Positions 63,484 to 64,000 of a stretch of DNA of 64,000 nt are shown one piece after another. The stretch is from Helicobacteraceae bacterium. GTDB lineage: Bacteria; Campylobacterota; Campylobacteria; Campylobacterales; Sulfurimonadaceae. The position numbers were made by a program, and so were the translations under genes. Every line of letters begins with the position of its first letter. The stretch's first letter is position 1. The notes below the pieces were generated by a model, which saw only the letters and a list, made by a program, of their open reading frames with translations, had not been told where the DNA came from and made no database searches. The DNA lies in the NCBI GenBank assembly GCA_015493495.1, contig WGDB01000033.1, positions 7,479-71,478 of the forward strand, read 5' to 3'.

Positions 63484-63538
63484 AGGGAACGATAAAGACT
63501 CTTTACATAGAGACATAATTTTTTGTTATCTAAAGCTA

Positions 63539-63547
63539 TGTTATAAT
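63539..63547 (+). promoter_or_regulatory. Extended -10 promoter element TGTTATAAT
   Basis: Perfect TGnTATAAT match about 180 nt upstream of the next start codon. Confidence 0.45.
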
Positions 63548-63554
63548 AGTTTTA

Positions 63555-63724
63555 ATAGAGAAAATGCCTACCTTGCTGTGAAGCAAGCTCGGAAAGTTAT
63601 GGGTCTCATGTAGATCGCCAGACTGCCTAATACTACAGCACAGCTGACTTTACTGCATGTAGCCAGTAACTTCTGTATTTTCCTTTTAATGATTATCTTT
63701 AAACAATAGAACATGGAGGTTAAG
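63555..63724 (+). ncRNA. Candidate structured 5' leader / cis-regulatory RNA (class unknown)
   Basis: Hairpin CTTGCT-gtga-AGCAAG (63571-63586). Long-range stem AAGTTATGG (63593-63601) with CCAGTAACTT (63664-63673). It encloses hairpin CTACAGCA...TGCATGTAG (63633-63662). The leader ends at the GGAGG RBS (63715-63719). Confidence 0.3.
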
Positions 63725-64000
63725 ATGTATAAATTATTTACTATTTTTCTACTACAAGCAACTCTTATCCTTTCTCTTCATGCACAAGAGAGCAAAGAGG
63801 TCAAAAGTGACCTGCTTCGTGCTATCCATCAAAGTGACTCAAACGAAGTCCGTGCTATAGCCAAATCACAAAAGTCAGTGATCAGCAGTGACCCTATACT
63901 TGAGAGTATGGTAAAAGCCTATTTCGCAGCAGAGAAGCAGGCGTTGCAAGAGCTTAAGGAGAAGGCTAAACTTCAAAGAGAAGAGGACGCACTACAGTTG
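63725..64000 (+). CDS. Secreted protein, N-terminal fragment (runs off the window)
   Basis: ATG 5 nt after GGAGG. MYKLFTIFLLQATLILSLHAQE signal peptide. Open to the window end (92 codons). Confidence 0.6.
   Translation, partial: MYKLFTIFLLQATLILSLHAQESKEVKSDLLRAIHQSDSNEVRAIAKSQKSVISSDPILESMVKAYFAAEKQALQELKEKAKLQREEDALQL

Overview
AT-rich chromosomal window. Gene content and organisation look like a Campylobacterota (epsilonproteobacterial) genome, which is an inference only. Most of it is tightly packed housekeeping: htpG; a translationally coupled minus-strand block glmU-coaBC-uppS-prepilin peptidase-lptF/G-truA; trmA; recO; gltBD; accD; thiE; rlmH; dusB; gph; uvrA; glnS; clpS; ppaC; ycaO; glsA. 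I saw no rRNA, tRNA, CRISPR array, integrase or transposase. Five things stand out. (1) A four-gene operon of membrane/coiled-coil proteins at 14683-19494. It contains a MotA/ExbB-like protein with a long tail built of 26-residue repeats, a MotB/ExbD-like partner without an OmpA domain, a TM-anchored vWA-like protein and a further 4-TM coiled-coil protein. It matches no system I know and is my best candidate for an undescribed system. It lies in a segment bracketed by copies of a repeat family whose full 290-bp, MITE-like, highly structured member sits at 12562-12851. (2) Two small insertion islets (46435-48238 and 52984-55133), each flanked by a duplicated 3' end of the interrupted gene. Each carries a RelE/ParE toxin-antitoxin pair plus decayed or accessory cargo: a frameshifted DUF433 gene, a 5'-truncated ATPase and an ABC-F ATPase. 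(3) A GlnRS fused to a C-terminal GatB/YqeY domain. (4) Four c-di-GMP turnover genes, three of them adjacent. (5) Several candidate regulatory elements: a HAIR-like inverted repeat upstream of htpG, a palindrome in front of an Rrf2 operon, and a structured 170-nt leader at 63555-63724. All functional calls come from reading motifs in the supplied translations. No database search was run.
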